From Stegostoma tigrinum (taxonomy: Eukaryota): a DNA stretch of 64,000 nt. Each line of letters starts with the position of its first letter. The first letter of the stretch is position 1. The stretch lies in assembly GCF_030684315.1 (NCBI RefSeq), contig NC_081364.1, positions 19,266,343-19,330,342 on the forward strand, in the 5' to 3' direction. Of this stretch, positions 50,579-62,689 are shown in pieces. Made by a program: the position numbers and the translations under genes. The notes under the pieces are model-generated. The model searched no databases and was not told where the DNA came from. It saw nothing but the letters and a program-made list of their open reading frames with translations.

Positions 50579-51582
50579 AGATAGTAGGAACTGCCAATGC
50601 TGGAGTCTGAAATAACAAGGTGTAGAGCTGGATGAACGCAGCAGGCCAGGCAGCATCAGAGGAGCAGGAAAGCTATTGTTTTGGTTCTGGACCTTTTTTC
50701 AGAAATGGGGGAGGGGAAGGGGATTCTGAAATAAATAGAGAGGGGCAGGCGATGATGGAAGGTGGATAGAGGAGCAGATAGATGGAGAGAAAACAAAGAG
50801 GTCAAGGAGGTGGGGCTGGAGCCAGTAAAGGTGAGTGTAGGTAGGAAGTTGGGATGGGGGTTGGTCAGTGAGGATGGAGGGGCAGGTAGTTAGGAGGGGA
50901 GATGGAAAGGACAAGGAGGTGGGGACGAGGCTAGTAGGTAGGAATTGGGGGTGGGGGTTGGTCTGTGAGGTGGGAGGAGTGGATAGGTGGGAGAAAAGAC
51001 AGATAGGCCAAGGAGACGGGGACAAGATGGGCTGGCCTTGGGATGAGGTCAGGTGTGGGGAGATTTTGAATCTTGTGAAGTCTGCATTGAGACCATTGGG
51101 CTGCAGGGTTCCCAAGCCGAATATGAGGTGCTGTTCCTGCACCCTGGGCGGCACTGGAGGAGGCCTAGGGTGAACTTGTCATTCAAGAGGTGGAAGGGGG
51201 AGTTGAAATTGTTCGTGGCTGGAAGGTGTATTCGTTTGTCACAAACCGAGCGAGGGTACTCCACAAAGTGGTCTCCAAACCTCTGCTTGGTTCCCTGATA
51301 TAGAGGAGGCAACATCTGGAACAGCGGATACTGTATACTCCATTAGCAGATGTGCAGATGAACATCTATTTAATGTGGAAGGTTTTCTTGGGGCCTGGGA
51401 TGAGGGTGAGGGTGGAGGTGTAGGGGCAGGTGTAGCATTTCCTGCAGTTGCAGGGAAAAGTGCCAGGGGTGGTGGGCTACTGGGCAGTACGGAGCAAATA
51501 AGGGAGCCATGGAGATAAGCGTGAGGAGGGAAAAATGTCCTTGGTAGTGGGGTCAGATTGCAGGTGACGGAAGTGGTGGAGG
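50579..51582 (-). mobile_element. Older 5'-truncated Neptune-like PLE with 12-bp TSD and no inversion
   Basis: Decayed GIY-YIG (CTSANGVYSIRCSRC..LYI; QEQHLIFGLGTLQPNGLN). TSD tagatagcttgg is at 50567-50578 and 51583-51594. Confidence 0.88.
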
Positions 51583-51611
51583 TAGATAGCTTGGGTTATT
51601 TTCTTTAGAGC

Positions 51612-51960
51612 AGGGGCAGCACAGTGGCTTAGTGGTTAGCACTGCTGCCTCACAGAACCTGGGACCTGGATTTACTTCCATCCTCAGGCTACTGTCTGTG
51701 TGGAGTTTGCACATTCTCCCCGTGGCTGTGTGGGTTTCCACTGGGTACTCTGGCTTCCTCCCACAATCCAGAGATGTGCAGGTTAGGTTGATTGGCCACG
51801 TTAAGTTGCATGTAATGTCCAAGGGAATGTAAGTTAGGTGGATTAGCCACGGGAAATGTTGTGTTACAGGGGAATGGGTCTGGGTGGGAACCTCTTCAGA
51901 GGGACAGTGTAGACTTGTTGGGCCGATTGACTGTTACAACACTGTAGGGATTCTATGATT
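51612..51960 (+). mobile_element. HE1/V-SINE-like tRNA-derived SINE
   Basis: Head ggcagcacagtggcttagtggttagcactgctgcctcacag, core ctgtctgtgtggagtttgcacattctcccc, tail actgtagggattctatgatt. Confidence 0.85.
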
Positions 51961-52319
51961 CAGAGAATGCTAAAAGGGGACCTATTAAAGTATATATGAT
52001 TTTGAGGAAGAGGGTCGATAGGAAGCATCTGTTCCCATTAGTTGAAGGGTCAAGAACAAGGGGGCGTAATTTTAAGGTAGAAGGCAAGAGGTTTAGAAGG
52101 GATTTGAGGAAAACCTTTTCAACCAAGTGGGTTATGGTGGGTGGCTGGAATGCACTGCTGAGCAGGTCGTTGAGGCAGAAAATTCCATAATCTTTAAAAA
52201 ATACTTGGATGGACACTTGAAATGTCATGATATACAAAGCTATGGCCAAGTCCAGGAAAAGAGGGACTAGTGTAGCTTTAGGGTGATTTTTTTGTCAGTA
52301 TGGTCTTGATAGGCCAAAG

Positions 52320-53665
52320 GACCATTGGAGAAAATTCTTAGGGACAAGATTCATTCACATCTGGAAAACTATGGATTTGTGTGAGGAAGGTCATGTCTCA
52401 CAAACTTGATTGGGTTTTCTAAGGAAGTGACGGAGGTGCTTGATGAGGGCAGGGCACTGGAGGCTGTCTACATGGACATTAGAAAGGCTTTTGACAAGGT
52501 CCCTCATGCCAGGCTGATACAAAAGGTAAAGTCACATGAGATTGCAGTGACATGATAAGATGGGCACAGAACTGGCCTAGTCATAGAAATCAGCGGATAG
52601 CAATGGAACAGTGTTTTTCTGACTAGAGATCTGTGAACAGTTGTGTTTGCAGGGATCAGTGCTGGGACCCCTGTTGTTCGGGAGATATGCGCTTGATTTG
52701 GACGAGACTGTAGGTGATCTCATTAGTAAGTTTGTGGATGATGCAAAGATTCAGGGAGTTGTGGATGGTGAGGAGGATTGTAGGAAGACACAGCAGGATA
52801 TAGGTAGGCTGAATAGGGATTCCATAATTCAATGATTCCGTAGAGACTTGGACAGAGAAATGGCAGATAGAATTTAATCTGGACAAGTGTAAGGTAGTGC
52901 ATTTTAGAAGGCCTAAGTCAGGAGGGAAGTATACAGCAAATGGCAGTAGCCTTAAAAGCATTAACATACAGAGGAATCTAGGTGTGCAGGTCCATAGCTC
53001 CCTGAAAGTGGCAACACAAGTGGATAAGGTGGTCAAGAAGGAGTATGGAATGGTTGCTTTCATTGGTCGAGGCATAGAATATAAAAATTGGCTAGTCATT
53101 TGCTCTTATGTAGGACTTTAGTTTAGGTCATATTTGGAATATTGTGTACAGTTCTGGTTGCCACATCACCAGAAGTAATCTGGAGGCTTGGGAAAGGATA
53201 CAGAAAAGGTTTACCAGGAAGTTGCCTGGTTTGGAGGATATTAGCTACGAGGAGAGATTGGACAAACTTAATCTGTGAATGTCAGAGGCTGAGGGGTGGC
53301 CTAATAGAAGTTTACAAAATGATGAGAGGGGTATGGATGGAATGGACAGTTGGAGTCTTTTTCTCAGGGTAGAAATGTCAATTAGTGGGGAACATATGTT
53401 TAAGGTAAAAGGGTGAAAATGTAAAGGAGATGTGAGAGGTGCATTTTTTTTTACACAGAGGGTGGTAAGTGCCTGAAATGCACTGCCAGAAGGCGTGACA
53501 GCTGATAAAATAGCAACATTTAAGAGACATCTTAACAGATATGTGAATAGTGTGGGAGTAGAGGGATACAGACAGTGAAGAGTTAGAAGACATTTTGTTT
53601 AGAAGGATGTCAAGTTTTGGTGCAGTCTTAAAGGACTGAAGAGCCTTTTGCTATGCTATAATGTT
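52320..53665 (+). mobile_element. Decayed CR1 LINE 3' part
   Basis: QGSVLGPLLF..SKFVDDAK and LGVQVHSSLKVATQVDKVVKK. Confidence 0.85.
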
Positions 53666-53679
53666 CTTTGTTCTTCGTT

Positions 53680-53942
53680 CTGTACCTATAGTGTGGAAAA
53701 AAGTCAATCAACCCAACAAGTCCACACCACCCCTCCCAACAGCATTCCACAGAGACCCAGCCCCTACCCTTTCCCTGTATCACTGCATTTCCCATGGCTA
53801 ATCCACCTAACTTACACACCCCTGGACAGTACCAGCCATGGCCAACCAACCTAACTTGCACATCTTTGGACTGTGGGAAGAAACCGGAGCACTTGGAAAC
53901 CCACGCAGACACAGGGAGAATGTGCAAACTCTACACAGTCAC
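53680..53942 (-). mobile_element. HE1-like SINE fragment
   Basis: The reverse complement matches the core and tail of the SINE at 51612-51960. Confidence 0.8.
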
Positions 53943-54779
53943 CTGGGGGCTACTTCCATGTTCCATTTTCATGAGCACTTGGCATGTTCTGGATGTCCAA
54001 AGAGAAATACAAACTGATTATTTTACCTTCAACACAACTGTTTGATTCTAATGGTATTATTTCCCATTCTCCAGATTTCCTGGCTTCACTTCAAGAGCTG
54101 GCTCCACTTCGAGAGCTTGGAGAGCTGGAAAACCTAGTTCGATGTCCTTTGCCTGTTATGTCTATCACAAATACATACATAACACAGCAGCATGTAGCCC
54201 TATTTTAATAATATTTTTATTGGTATTATCTGTTTTGTTTTCACTCTCTATGTCTACTGTAATAAAACATTCAGATATCATTCAACATAAGCCCTATTAC
54301 ACGGGTGAAAATTGTCATTAAGTACTTCAAAAACTGCTTGGAGTTATTTTGAGAATTGTGGCTTGCCCATTGTTAAATCACATAGTTCAGTTTGATTGGA
54401 GAAGCCTCATACTTGAGCACAAAAATTATTTGAACACATGAACATTTGATTTTCACAAGTGTATTTACGCAGTTTTTTGTACTATTTTCTCCATTTAGGC
54501 TAGTGAATCACAAAAATGAACATTAACTCCAAAATAGATACTGAAGGATTTTCAGCAGAAATGTCAACATGAAAAACATGTTGTTTGCCTTCAACTTTTT
54601 GGAGTTTGTTTTGATGGTAAATATGTACTATTATTAACAGAGGTTTAAATAAAGCCATTTGGCTCAGGCCAATTGGCTGCAATCACATGCTGGGGCTTTT
54701 TGCCTCGGCGACAGGGAGCTCTGAGTGGGGGGAGAAAAAGGACAAAACCACCTGTGAAAGAGACCTACTCTTTTTAAAA

Positions 54780-54869
54780 ATGAGGCCAATGTTAGTTTAT
54801 CTTTTGCTAGTTTCTGTTCCGACCTTAATATCAGCTGATTTCATAATAACAGAATCAGAAGATCATGGG
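54780..54869 (+). CDS. Inter-alpha-trypsin inhibitor heavy chain (ITIH3-like), exon 1, signal peptide
   Basis: MRPMLVYLLLVSVPTLISA is a hydrophobic signal peptide. Donor GGG|gtaatg, 90 nt, phase 0. Confidence 0.7.
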
Positions 54870-54963
54870 GTAATGTAGAACCTGAATTCAAAATGTATGT
54901 ATTTTAGGTATTGAAAATATTATAATTAATGTCAATTTTTGTTTTTTCTTATTGATGTGGTAG

Positions 54964-55017
54964 GTTGGGTATGGAAGACTTTCACCAAACTATCGGCCAT
55001 TAAAAACGTTACTAAAG
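54964..55017 (+). CDS. ITIH-like candidate 54-nt exon (propeptide)
   Basis: tggtag|GTT...AAG|gtctgt, open, phase 0-0. Translates VGYGRLSPNYRPLKTLLK. Confidence 0.45.
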
Positions 55018-55575
55018 GTCTGTGTAATTAAAAGATAATCTTCTACCTACGAATTTCTTTGCATTCCATAAGTTAATCCTGAAAATTTCAAATGTTGAAC
55101 CAATCATAAGACAGTCATAAAAATCAGCTATTAGAAACTTAATTCCAGATAAATCTTGTCATAACAAAGTTGTTTCTCCATTCTCTGGTGCAGATTGCCT
55201 TCCTCTAACACCAGAACATAAACATTGATTGAAACAAACTGCTTTGTTGATTCTTTTGAGTTTGCTGTAATCAGGGTTAATTTGTTCATACTTAATTATT
55301 ATTTGCAATAATGTTTGCTAGACAATACAATAACATTTGATTTAAGTTGTTATTTATTGCTCCTGATTGTCCAATCTAATGTCTAGATCATTAATTTATT
55401 GAGTCACTACTTAAAATAGGAGGTGACTTCTCTCTTATTTTACACTGCACTACTATTTCTTGTTATGTTATATTTTGCATGTAATATCGAAAATACATTT
55501 CCTCTCAACAGCCAATGTACTTATACACTCATTAAAAATGTTGAAAATGCTGGTCTTTTTATTTCTTGATAATAG

Positions 55576-55605
55576 AAAAGAAGCACAAATGGACTGCAAT
55601 ACAAA
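55576..55605 (+). CDS. ITIH-like 30-nt micro-exon
   Basis: ttcttgataatag|AAA...AAA|gtaagt, phase 0-0. Translates KRSTNGLQYK, resembling the KRS-containing micro-exon of ITIH3. Confidence 0.65.
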
Positions 55606-56410
55606 GTAAGTCATATTTGTCAATTATTTTAAGTAATAATTACCCTCTTTGCTAATGCAAGTCATACTGAGAATGCTTAGTTTGGTTTAACTCTGGAATG
55701 TAAGGGTAACACCCATCTTCCTTCCACTATCGCAACATGTCTTTTAATCTCCTTTCCCCTCTCTCCTCCATCGTCGTGACTAGCAGCAACTGTGATAACC
55801 TCCTGCACCTCTCTGTCGCTGAGATTTATCACTATTTGACCAATTGCCCCTCCCACATCTCTCCCTTCATCTCTCTCACTCAACCAAAAGTCCCTAAGGT
55901 ACCCCCCTGCCCTGGCCGTGAACTCACATCTTTCTCTAATTTCTCTCCTATTTCTTGTCATGCACTTTCCAGAATCACTTGTCCATCTCCAGCTTCCTTA
56001 ACCTTTTTGCCAATAAGCTGCTGACTACCGACTTCCTTTCTTAATTCAGTGGTATTGTTACTGGTTCTCTCTCTTCATGTACAGTACCCCTCTCTTCCAA
56101 ATCTACAATCATCATTCTTCTTGGACAATCAATCCTTGAAACTAAGGCCTCATTCCTGGCTTCTATTTTGTCTCCAAAGTTCTTAACACATTGGAAATCT
56201 GTGTCCTTTATTCCCAGAATTCCATGTTCAATCTTCCAAACAGCACTGCTCCTTCCAAAATAAATAGATATTCCTAAAATGCTTCAGTTTTTGAAATCAT
56301 GAAGGGGCTGAATGTAGTTGATAGGAAAAATCTGTTCCCTCTTACAAAAGGATTGAGAAGGTCAGAAATCACACGATACTAGGTTATAGTCCAACAGGTT
56401 TATTTGAAAA

Positions 56411-56445
56411 CACTAGCTTTCGGAGCATGGCCCCTTCATCAGGTG
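56411..56445 (-). ncRNA. Minimal type I hammerhead ribozyme motif (best-formed in the window)
   Basis: Minus strand reads cac-CTGATGA-a-ggggc-cat-gctcc-GAAA-GCTA-gtg. Stem I is cac/gtg, stem II is 5 bp, with a palindromic AGCT and a CTA cleavage triplet. Confidence 0.75.
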
Positions 56446-56888
56446 AAGTGAGAAAGAAGAATACAGAACACAGAATTTATAAGTAAAAGATCAAAGGGTC
56501 ACACAACTGATGTGGATGTATTAAACAAACCTAAGATGCTGCTAGATATTTAATCATTTAAAAGGTTTTAATTTATTACCATCTATATAAGTAAATCACT
56601 GAATTTCCTTCATCACTGCCCTGAGAGAACTGAAGGTTTTGTCAATGTAAAGAAGATGTGACGTTTTGGGTCAGACGATGCATGTTAGGTGTGAGGCCTT
56701 GTTTAGAATCTGTTGTATTTTGGTTTGGAGCCAGACTGGTTTTATTTCTAAAGTAGGAATTTATAAAATGCCTATTTGACTGACTGTCTATAAATTGTGT
56801 ACTTTTTGAGCAAGATAGAATGTGTCTGCAAATACACATTCGTCCCATAGATTTGTATGTGTGCGTATGAGAGGGGTGTAGTGAGAGA

Positions 56889-57104
56889 GAGATACCAAGG
56901 TGTAAAGCTGGATGAACACAGCAGGCCAAGCTGCATCAGAGGAGCAGGAAAGCTGAAGTTTTGGGTTTGGACCCTTCTTCAGAAAGGGTCCAGACCCAAA
57001 ATGTCAGCTTTCCTGCTCCTCTGATATTACTTGGCCTGCTGCATTCATCCAGCTCTACACCTTGGTATCTCAGATTCTCCAGCATCAGCAATTCCTACTC
57101 TCTC
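56889..57104. mobile_element. Palindromic PLE-derived mini-element nested in the PLE above
   Basis: Inverted arms about 56889-56976 and 56984-57071 meet at two head-to-head HHR remnants. An unpaired tail (57072-57104) follows. It sits in a (GA)n tract. Confidence 0.8.
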
Positions 57105-57144
57105 TGTAGAGAGAGAGTGTGTGGTGGAGGTGCTAGAGGGAGTG

Positions 57145-57145
<1 letters not shown>

Positions 57146-57180
<35 letters not shown>

Positions 57181-57200
57181 TGTGAGAGAGAGAGTGTGTG
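57146..57200. repeat. (TG)n(AG)n microsatellite
   Basis: Direct read of the dinucleotide run. Confidence 0.9.
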
Positions 57201-57239
57201 CATGTCTGCATGTGTGAGAGTGTTTATGTGAGAATGTAT

Positions 57240-57883
57240 ATTTCAGTGGGGTCACATGTAGTGCCTCTTGAACGCAAGATCCTGGTTGAGGTCGTCCTCA
57301 TGGATACTGAACTTGGCTATCAGCCTTTGCTCGGTGACTCTTCATCGTTGTGTATCCTGAAGTCTGCCTTGGAGGACGTTTACATGAAGATCCCAGAAGG
57401 ATTGAGAATCAGATTGCATAGCTTTAAGATCATTGACAAAAGGAGCAAGTGTGACGTGAGAACATTTTCTTTCACACAGTGAATAATTGGGGTCAGGAAT
57501 ACATTGTCTGGAAGTGTGGTGGAAGGAAGCTTAATTGCGGCATCCCAGAGGGCATGAGAATTCCTATTTGAATAGAATAAGCTTATAGGGAAAAGGCAGG
57601 AAAAAAAGGCAGAAAGCTAATATGGGCACAATGAGATGAATGACCTCCCTCACGAAAATGTTCTCACGTCACACTTGCTCCTTTTGTCAATGATCTTAAA
57701 GCTATGCAATCTGATTCTCAATCCTTCTGGGATCTTCATGTAAACGTCCTCCAAGGCAGACTTCAGGATACACAACGATGAAGAGTCACCGAGCAGAGGC
57801 TGATAGCCAAGTTCAGTATCCATGAGGACGACCTCAACCAGGATCTTGCGTTCAAGAGGCACTACATGTGACCCCACTGAAAT
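57240..57883. repeat. 230-bp near-perfect inverted duplication with 184-bp spacer
   Basis: 57240-57469 is the reverse complement of 57654-57883, with one mismatch noticed. The same peptide appears in ORFs 57198..57482(+) and 57650..57877(-). Confidence 0.95.
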
Positions 57884-58419
57884 TGTATCAATTCTGTGTT
57901 TCGGTGAGCACTAATTTGGCTCTTCATCGAAGTCACAGGTTACGGCCTAGAAGACTGTGACATAAGTAAACTGTCTCTCCCTGTTCTTGTAGACCAGTCT
58001 GCAGCCTATAAACATGAATGAGAAAATCACTCTCCTCCAATACTTCTCCACTCTCATCCAATTAGGTGGGACTGCACTTGCCTGGTTCAAAATTATCTGT
58101 CAAATCATAGGAAGAGAGTAATTTGTAATATTTTCCTCTTCCCAAACCCCTACTATATCCTCTCTTACTTTTAAGAATTTAACTTGGTCCCTCCTGTTTC
58201 TGCATATTGCTCCTCAGCAACATCAACCAAAAATAGTGTTGGCTTCCACATATGTGCTGATGGCACAAAGCTGTATCTCACTGTAAGTTCTCTTGATTCA
58301 TCTGTTGTGTACTCCTTGCCAGATTATTTGCCAATGTGGACTTGCAGAAATTTCTTCCAGCTAAACAATGGGAAGACCAAAGTCATTGCCTTTGTTCCCC
58401 ACAACATACTCTATTTTTT

Positions 58420-59780
58420 CTGTTCATTTGTGGGATGTGTGCATCACTGGCTGGCCAACATTTATTGACAATCCCTAGTTGTCCTTGAGAAGGTGGTGGT
58501 GAGATGCCTTCTTGAACTGCTGTAGTCGTACTGTAGTAGGTTGACCCACAGTGCTATGAGGGAGGGAATTCCAGAATTTTGATCCAGCAACGGTGAAGGA
58601 AAAGCGATATATTTCCAAGTCAGGATAGTGAGTGACTTGGAGGGGAACTTGGAAGTTGTGGTGTTCCTATATGTCTGCTGCCCTTGTCTTTCCAGATGGA
58701 AGCGGTTGTGGGTTAGGAAGGTGCTGTCTGAAGATCTTTGGTGAATTTCTACAGTGCATCTTGGAGAGAGTACCCACTGCTGCTACTGAGTGTCAAAGGT
58801 GGAGGGAGGGGATACTTGTGGATGTAGTGCCAATCAAGTGGGCTGCTTTGTCCTGGATGGTGTCAAGCTTCTTGAGTGTTGTTGGGGCTACACTCATCCA
58901 GGCAAGTGTGGAGTATTCCATCACACTGCTGACTTGTGCCTTGTAGATGGTGGACAAGCTTTGAGGAGTCAGGAGGTGACTTACTCGCCGCAGTATTCCT
59001 AGCTTCTGGCCTACTCTTGCAGGCACTGTGTTTAAGTGGTGAGTTCAGTTGAGTTTCTGGTCAATGGTAACTCCCAGGATGCTGATAGTGGGGGATTCAG
59101 TGATGGTAACACCATCGAATGTCATGGGGTGGTGGTTAGATTTTCTCTCATTGGTGATGGTCATAACCTGGCATTTGTGTGGCACGAATGTCACTTGCCA
59201 GTTGTCAACCCAAGCCTGGATATTCTCCAGATCATGTTGCATTTGAACACGGACTGCTTCAGTATCTTAGGACTCATGAATGGTGCTGGACATTGCGCAA
59301 CCATCAACGAACATTCCCACTTCTGACCTTATGATGGACGGAAGGTCACTGATGAAGCAGTAGAAGATGGTTGGGCCTAGAATACTACAATGAGGAACTC
59401 CTGCAAACATGTCCTGGAGCTGAGGTGATTGACAGCCAACAACCACAACCATCTTCCTATGTGTCAGGTATGACTCCAACCACTGGAGAGTTTGCCCCCT
59501 GTTACCCATTAGTTCCAGTTTTGCTAGGGCTCCTTGATACCACACTCGGTTGAATGCAGCTTTGTTGTCAAGGGCAGTCACTCTCGCCTCACCTCTGGAA
59601 TTCAGCTGTTTTGTCCATGTTTGAACCAAGGCTGTTATGAGGTCAGGAGCTGAGTGGCCCTGGCGGCACCCAAATTAGATGTCATTGAGCAGGTTATTTC
59701 TGAGCAGATGCTGCTTGATAGCACTGTTGATGCCACCTTCCATCATTTCACTGATGATCAAGAGTAGACTGATGGGGCCA
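58420..59780 (-). mobile_element. Non-LTR retrotransposon (CR1/L2 group) 3' part, inserted in an older L2-like remnant
   Basis: EARVTALDNKAAFNRVWYQGALAKL, GVPHCSILGPTIF and STIYKAQVSSVMEYS. L2-like remnants flank it at about 57970-58410 and 59870-60600. Confidence 0.8.
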
Positions 59781-60932
59781 ACACCCTAGAACATCAGCTG
59801 GGTTTCTGGATTAATAGTCTAGCAATAATAATATCAGGCCATCGCCTACCCTTTGCCTCAGCTATCTATTTCATCCCTCCACCTAGCCACTGTCTGGAAT
59901 TGAACTGGGTTCTTTGCAATCTTGTCATCATATTTGACTCTGAGATGAACTTTCCACCATTATGTGCACCATTACTAAGTTCACCTTTATAAAATTGCCC
60001 AACTCTACCTTAAAAGCTCATCTTCTGCTGGACCCCTCACTACTTTCTTTGCCACTTCTAGATTGGCCATTCTGATGTTCCTTTGGGTGACCTCCTCCCA
60101 TGTTTCTACCCTCAATTTACTTGAGGTCAAACTCTACTGCCTAGATTTTTGTTCACATCAAGTCCCCTCCCGTGCTCAATGGCCTATGGAGGTTCCTTGT
60201 CAAGTAAGGCTTCAATCTTAAAATTCTGATTTTTGTTTACTAACGAAGCCTTGTTCATGGCTTCAACTTCCTTACCTCTGTGCTCCTCCAGTCCCATGGT
60301 GCCAAAAAAATTCTCCACTTCTGTTTCTGTATGTGCCTTGATTTTAATCATTCCAGCATCGTTTGTTATGGCTTAACTGTTAAGGCAATTAGCGCTGGAT
60401 TGGCCTCCCTAATCTTCTCCAACTCTCTACCCCTCCTCTACCATTAAAAATGCCCCATAAACCTACCACACTGACTGAGCGTTGGCCATCTGTCCTATTA
60501 TTGCCGTATGTAACCATATGTTTGTCCTATAATAGTCCTTTGAAGTGCCTTTTTATTATGTTAAAGGCGAAGAATAAATACAAGTCCATTTCATTTGTTT
60601 CTAAAATGTTTAATTCTTCAAAATAAATAGCATACATATCTGCAGATAGTTAATCTGACATTTTGACAATGCCAATGTTATCTCAGAATTCACAATATGC
60701 ATTTGGTGAACATTAAGCATTTGATGTTGGCAACTGACACCAAAGAAGCTCAAGCTGATGTGCGCTAAGAGCTATTCTCACAATTCTTTGAATTCCAGCA
60801 TGACAGTGGTTGCTGTGATTTGTTCAGTTTTCCTGAAAAAAAATCGTAATTTGATACTAGTTAGTACAATTCTATTTTTCTGGCTCTGGGACATTCTGCC
60901 CATTCAGGAACATCCTGCCAAGGTATTATAGA

Positions 60933-62117
60933 ACTTGGTTGAGTTTTTTGAAGAAGCAATGAAGAGGATTGATGAGGGCAGAGGAGTTGACGTAATCTAT
61001 ATGGATTTCAGTAAGGCATTCAACGAGGTTCCTTCTTACGGACTGGTTGGCAAGGTGACATCATATGGAATACAGGGAGAACTAGCCATTTGGATGCAGA
61101 ACTGGCTTGAAGGTGGAAGACAGTGGGTGGCGGTGGATGATTGCCTTTCACACTAGAGCCTTGTGATTAATAGTGTGCCGCAAGGATCGGTGCTGGATCC
61201 ACTGCTTTTCGTCATTTATATAAGCGATTTGGATGTGAACGTGGGAGGTGTGGTTAGTAAGTTTGCAGAAGGCAGGAAAACTGAACAATTCACAGCAACC
61301 ACTGTCATGCTGGAATTCAAAGAATTGGACGTGTAGTGGACAGCGAAGAAGGTTACCTCAGAGTACAATGGAATCTTGATCAGATGAGTCAATGAGCAGA
61401 GGAGTGGCACATGGAGTTTAATTTGGATAAATGTAAGGTGCTGCATCTTGGAAAGGAAAATCAGGGCAGGACTTATGTACTTAATGGTAAGGTCCTGGGG
61501 AGTATTGCTGAACAAAGAAACCTTGGAGTGGAGGTTCCTTGTTCCTTGAAAGTGGAGTCACAGGTAGACCAGGATAGTGAGGAAGGTGTGTGGTATGCTT
61601 GGCTTTATTGGTCAGTGCATTGAGTATAGGAGTTGGGATGTCATGTTGCAGCTGTACAGGACATTGGTTAGGCCACTTTTGGAATACAGTGTGCAGTTCT
61701 GGATTCCCTGCTATAGGAAGGATGTTGTGAAACTTGAAAGAGTTCAGAAAGGATTTTCAAGGATGTAGCCAGGATTGGAGGATTTGAGCTATAGGGAGAG
61801 GTTGAATAGGCTGGGGCTATATTCCCTGGAGCATGGGAGGTTGAGGGATGACTTTATACAGGTTTATAAACTAGGTTTAAGGTGAGAGGGAAAAGGTTTA
61901 AAAGGGACCATTTGGGAAAATGATTTCACACAGAGGGTGGTGTGTGTATGTAACGAGCTGCCAGAGGAAGGGGTAGAGGCTGTATATGAATAGGAAGGGT
62001 TTAGAGGGATATGGACCAAATTCTGACAACTGAGACTAGATTTATCTTGGATATCTGGTCATCATGGACAAGTTGGACCAAAGGGTCTGTTTCTATGCTG
62101 TTCTTCTCAATGACTCT
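60933..62117 (+). mobile_element. CR1 LINE 3' part
   Basis: VDVIYMDFSKAFNEV, MEFNLDKCKVLH and LYRTLVRPLLEYSVQFW. Confidence 0.9.
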
Positions 62118-62522
62118 AGTTTGAACACAGGCCGTGAGGAGATACGTCACCTCTTCAGCAGTGCTCATATGATTCTATAGCATGGGAAAAAAGATGTAAG
62201 TGATGTGATGTTAGGTGTACACAATTGATTTAACCTTAAGTAGGGCCTGACTCTTTCACAGCTATGAAGAACGACTTATCAGTTAATACCTGGATGGATC
62301 TTGGTGGATATTGTTTAAACCAGTGACTAGAAACAATCTCTTTTACCAGGCATCCATCACTTCTGCTGGTTATACTCAAGGAGATAAACATGTTTTTCTA
62401 ACAAGCTACATGCTGTGAGAGCTAGCCTAGCAGAACTCCAATATAAAAGCAACTTTTTGATCTTGTTTACTGTGAATCATTGTAATTCTTCACCAGTTAA
62501 AACTAAACACTCTATTTTTCAG

Positions 62523-62689
62523 GACAGAGAAAAGATTCAAGTCTACAGCTTGAAGATCAATTCCAAAATTACATCTCGATTTGCTCACAATGTGATAACA
62601 AGCCGTGTGGTAAACCGAGCAACTAAATCCAAGGAAGCCCTCTTTGAAGTTGAGCTGCCCAAAACAGCTTTCATTACCAACTTTACCAT
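62523..62689 (+). CDS. ITIH3-like heavy chain, VIT-domain exon
   Basis: Acceptor tatttttcag|GAC, donor AT|gtgtgt, 167 nt. Translates [52 protein letters not shown], a typical ITIH VIT domain. Confidence 0.92.

Larger units (their letters stand above)
56360..57396 (-). mobile_element. PLE 3' fragment of another family with 12-bp TSD, inserted in a CR1 tail
   Basis: TSD aaggattgagaa is at 56348-56359 and 57397-57408. The decayed endonuclease end lies at about 57260-57396, followed by a long microsatellite-bearing 3' region and an HHR near the terminus. Confidence 0.75.

Noticed and set aside
54600-54690. HNF1-like and CCAAT motifs upstream of the ITIH ATG
   Set aside because: Only partial matches in AT-rich sequence, not distinguishable from chance.
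23496-57396. Apparent strand bias: all large PLE insertions have their tail on the left
   Set aside because: The sample is small, and the mini-elements at 5307 and 56889 have the opposite orientation.
57198-57877. Two ORFs encoding the same peptide (a possible duplicated gene)
   Set aside because: By-product of the inverted duplication of repeat-derived sequence.
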